From positions 28,024,001-28,088,000 of the forward strand of contig OY740808.1 of the NCBI GenBank assembly GCA_963514005.1: a stretch of 64,000 nt of DNA. Direction: 5' to 3'. Positions 61,309 to 64,000 of the stretch are shown in pieces. Each line of letters begins with the position of its first letter. Positions within the stretch are counted from its first letter, which is position 1. The notes under the pieces are model-generated. The model saw nothing but the letters and a program-made list of their open reading frames with translations, did no database searches and was not told the origin of the DNA. Source of the stretch: Raja brachyura (taxonomy: Eukaryota). The translations under genes were made by a program, and so were the position numbers.

Positions 61309-62917
61309 GTATCCTTTACTCTTCATATCAAGCTGCTTAAATGACAACTGGTTGGAAACAAACGTTATCATCATTTCGCAGCAAGATTGATAACAATGGC
61401 AAAGAGCATGTTCCTTTATGAACCTCTAAATTAGATAATCTATTTTTGCAGATTTGCCAATAATCTTTAATGTTTTAATAGTCTTTAGCAGAGTAATTCT
61501 AAATATCACTTCTCCATACATTTATGATTTAACTTATTTCGGTGCTGAGTGACTTAAAGGTATAGAATAGGCTTCGAACATAATGTAATTGAGAATTGTC
61601 ATCTTTGCGTGCATTCACTGGGTAAAATATGATTTAAATTCAGATGAGAAGCTATTTGTATGCAACATAATCTGATTCATAAGCCCCTCAACATCCAGCA
61701 CTTTAAGGTTGTGTGTACAAATCAACATTCTAGAGAATGCTAACTAAAGAATAATCCTGTATTTTTGAACAGTGACATGACTAACTGGGTGAATTTTACC
61801 CTGATTAAGACTTAACATAAATAGCTAATGCATTTTATATCTGAGCTCTCATGCAAGCCGTTCATTAGCTTTGGTCTCCACTACGTCTGCTCAACAAACC
61901 AAAGTTAACTGACTGAATGTTCGCATTGTCTTGCATATTTACTGCAGTTGGAAGCATAGTTGAATTTTTAACAGCCATGGGGAAACAAGGAAATAGTGTT
62001 AACTTAAAAAAAACTTGTTATTTCTTGGGCATTTTTTTAGCAACACATGTCATGGTATTTGCTAGAAAAAATCTATATCTGTAAGCTGTGTTGCTCAGTG
62101 AAAGATAAAATACTAATGTAGTTTAGAGTGCTGTCGTTAAGTTAGTAGTAATGGAGGTGTGTGAATTATCTTAACAGAAGGTAAATTTACTATTGGAGTG
62201 GGTGGGGGAAGCAACAAAATTGAATTTCTATCTGTACAGTTCCTATAACCCTTGACAAAAAGTTGGGGGGAAATTAGCATGTGCAGCTTTAAACCTTCAT
62301 TTTTCTAAACGATTAACTATTTCTGCATGCAATGGAATCCCATTGAATGTCTTATTTAATGTAAGATGCAAGATAGACAAAAATGCTGGAGAAACTCAGC
62401 GGGTGAGGCAGCTTCTATGGAGCGAAGGAATAGGTGATGTTTCGGGTCGATACACTTCAGACTGATGTGGGGATTGGGGAGGGGCGGGAAGAAGACAGGA
62501 AGAGGCGGAGACTGTCGGCTGTGGGAGAGCTGGGAAGGGGAGGGGGAGGAGGGAGAAAGCAAGGACTACCTGAAATTGGCGAAGTCAATGTTCATACCGC
62601 CGGGGTGTAAACTGCCCAAGCAAAATATGAGGTGCTGCTCCTCCAATTTACGGTGGGACTCACGCTGGCCATGGAGGAGGCCCAGGACAGAAAGGTCAGA
62701 TTCGGAATGGGAGGGGGAGTTGCAGTGCTGAGCCACCAGTCTGAAGAAGGGTCTCGACCCGAAACGTCACCTATTCCTTCGCTCCATAGATGCTGCCTCA
62801 CCTGCTGAGTTTCTCCGGCATTTATGTCTACCTTCAATTTTTCCAGCATCTGCAGTTCTTTCTTAAACATAATGTCATGTCAGTTTGCAGTTTGATTTGT
62901 CTTAACAAAAATCACAG
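61309..62917 (+). other. ASCC2: U12-type (minor spliceosome) GT-AG intron of ASCC2
   Basis: 5' GTATCCTTT; branch GTCTTAAC at 62899-62906 with the branch A 12-13 nt from the AG; no polypyrimidine tract; the join restores ...PAL-DETRT. Confidence 0.9.
62370..62868. mobile_element. Penelope-derived insertion with inverted terminal repeats inside the U12 intron
   Basis: Minus-strand terminal repeat and GIY-YIG tail, then plus-strand CTGAAGAAGGGTCTCGACCCGAAACGTCAC...CAGCATCTGCAGTTC. Confidence 0.85.
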
Positions 62918-63107
62918 TGATGAAACCAGGACGTCGTACATCATCAAAGCCGTTGACAGTGCCTGGGAAGCTTGTAGCAGGATGAAACCTACCTTTTCCA
63001 CTGGAAATTCTCAAATTTCTAGTAAATCTGCCGCCTCTCAGGTTTCGGCTGTAAATGGTGAAATGGACCAAGACCTTAGACAGCCAGAATATGAAGCTGA
63101 TGACTAT
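62918..63107 (+). CDS. ASCC2: ASCC2 coding exon: DETRTSYIIKAVDSAWE...YEADDY (gene continues beyond the window; CUE domain not included)
   Basis: 190 nt, CAG| and TAT|GTGAGT; conserved DETRT.YI..AV.SAWE. Confidence 0.92.
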
Positions 63108-63332
63108 GTGAGTTCCAAATGGAGTCAGTTTTTCATTCTCTTGATGGCTGTATGAATTTATTTTAGGACCGTCTGTGCTAAATAGAGAAGGAAAGTAACT
63201 GGTAGAATACGATCTATGAATTGAGAATTAGCTGAAAAGAAAAACTTAGCACCGTTCTGAATATAGTATTGCATTGTTATTCGATAACTAAGAGTCAGAT
63301 CAAAAGGGAGTCCAGTGCATTTAATTGTTAGA

Positions 63333-64000
63333 TGGACACAGAAAGCTGGAGTAACTCATGCAGCGGGTCATGCAGCATTTCTATCACAGCTACATTGATG
63401 ACTGCATCGGGGCCACCTCCTGCAGCCACGCAGAACTCATGGACTTCATTAACTTCACTACCAATTTCCATCCTGCACTCTAAAATTCACATGGACCATC
63501 TCTGACACTTCCCTCTCCTTTCTAGAAATCACTGTCTCCATGACAGCAGATAAGACTATCGACTGACATCTATTATAAACATACTGACTCCAACTATCTA
63601 GTCTACATTTCTTCCCACCCTGCCTCTTGCCAAGAATCTATCCCCTACTCCCAATTCCTCTGTCTATGCCATGTCTGCGCCCAAGATCAGGTGTTCCATA
63701 CCAGGACATCCGGGATGTCCCCAATCCATAGGGATCGGGGGTTCCCCTCTTCTGTCATAGAAGTGGCCCTCGCACATGTCACCTTGGTATCCCGCAGCTC
63801 TGCTCTTACTTCCCCTCCCCTCATTCGTAACAGAGAGAATCCCCCTAGTCCTCACCTTTCACCCCCTCAGCCGTTGCATACAATACCTGATCCTCCAACA
63901 TTTTCGCCAGCTACAACATGATCCCACCACTAGTCACATCTTCCCATCTCCATCCCTTTCGATTTTCCACACAGATCGTTCCCTCTGCAACTCCCTGGTT
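63333..64000 (+). mobile_element. Decayed 5'-truncated Penelope-like element preceded by an inverted terminal-repeat fragment; runs off the window
   Basis: TACATTGATGACTGC (YIDDC) at 63391, then sequence collinear with the 27-28 kb copy. Confidence 0.85.

Overview
Eukaryotic (vertebrate) genomic DNA. The repeat content points to a cartilaginous fish, most likely a skate or ray (inference): HE1/V-type tRNA SINEs, CR1, Rex1/Babar and Penelope-like elements. A CpG-rich bidirectional promoter at ~33.1-33.7 kb separates two head-to-head genes. On the + strand is ASCC2: 12 coding exons from 45,775 to 63,107 splice into 451 uninterrupted codons, the gene continues past the window, and one intron is minor-spliceosome (U12) type. 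On the - strand is a gene inferred to be MTMR3: a non-coding first exon, candidate UTR exons, and two small exons near 1.1-1.4 kb encoding an alternative N-terminal extension. Most remaining sequence is decayed, often nested transposons, and nearly all ORFs in the supplied track are TE remnants or chance frames. The most notable items are: (1) very short, young Penelope-derived insertions with target-site duplications that carry a minimal hammerhead-ribozyme-like core, several in the sense strand of ASCC2 introns; (2) a ~145-bp-arm inverted repeat with no TE hallmarks that tightly brackets a candidate 202-nt minus-strand exon; (3) tandem splice donors that switch the MTMR3 extension between coding and stop; (4) the U12 intron. 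There are no prokaryotic features, CRISPR arrays, or genuine rRNA/tRNA genes. All coordinates were read by eye; TE boundaries are approximate unless a TSD is given.
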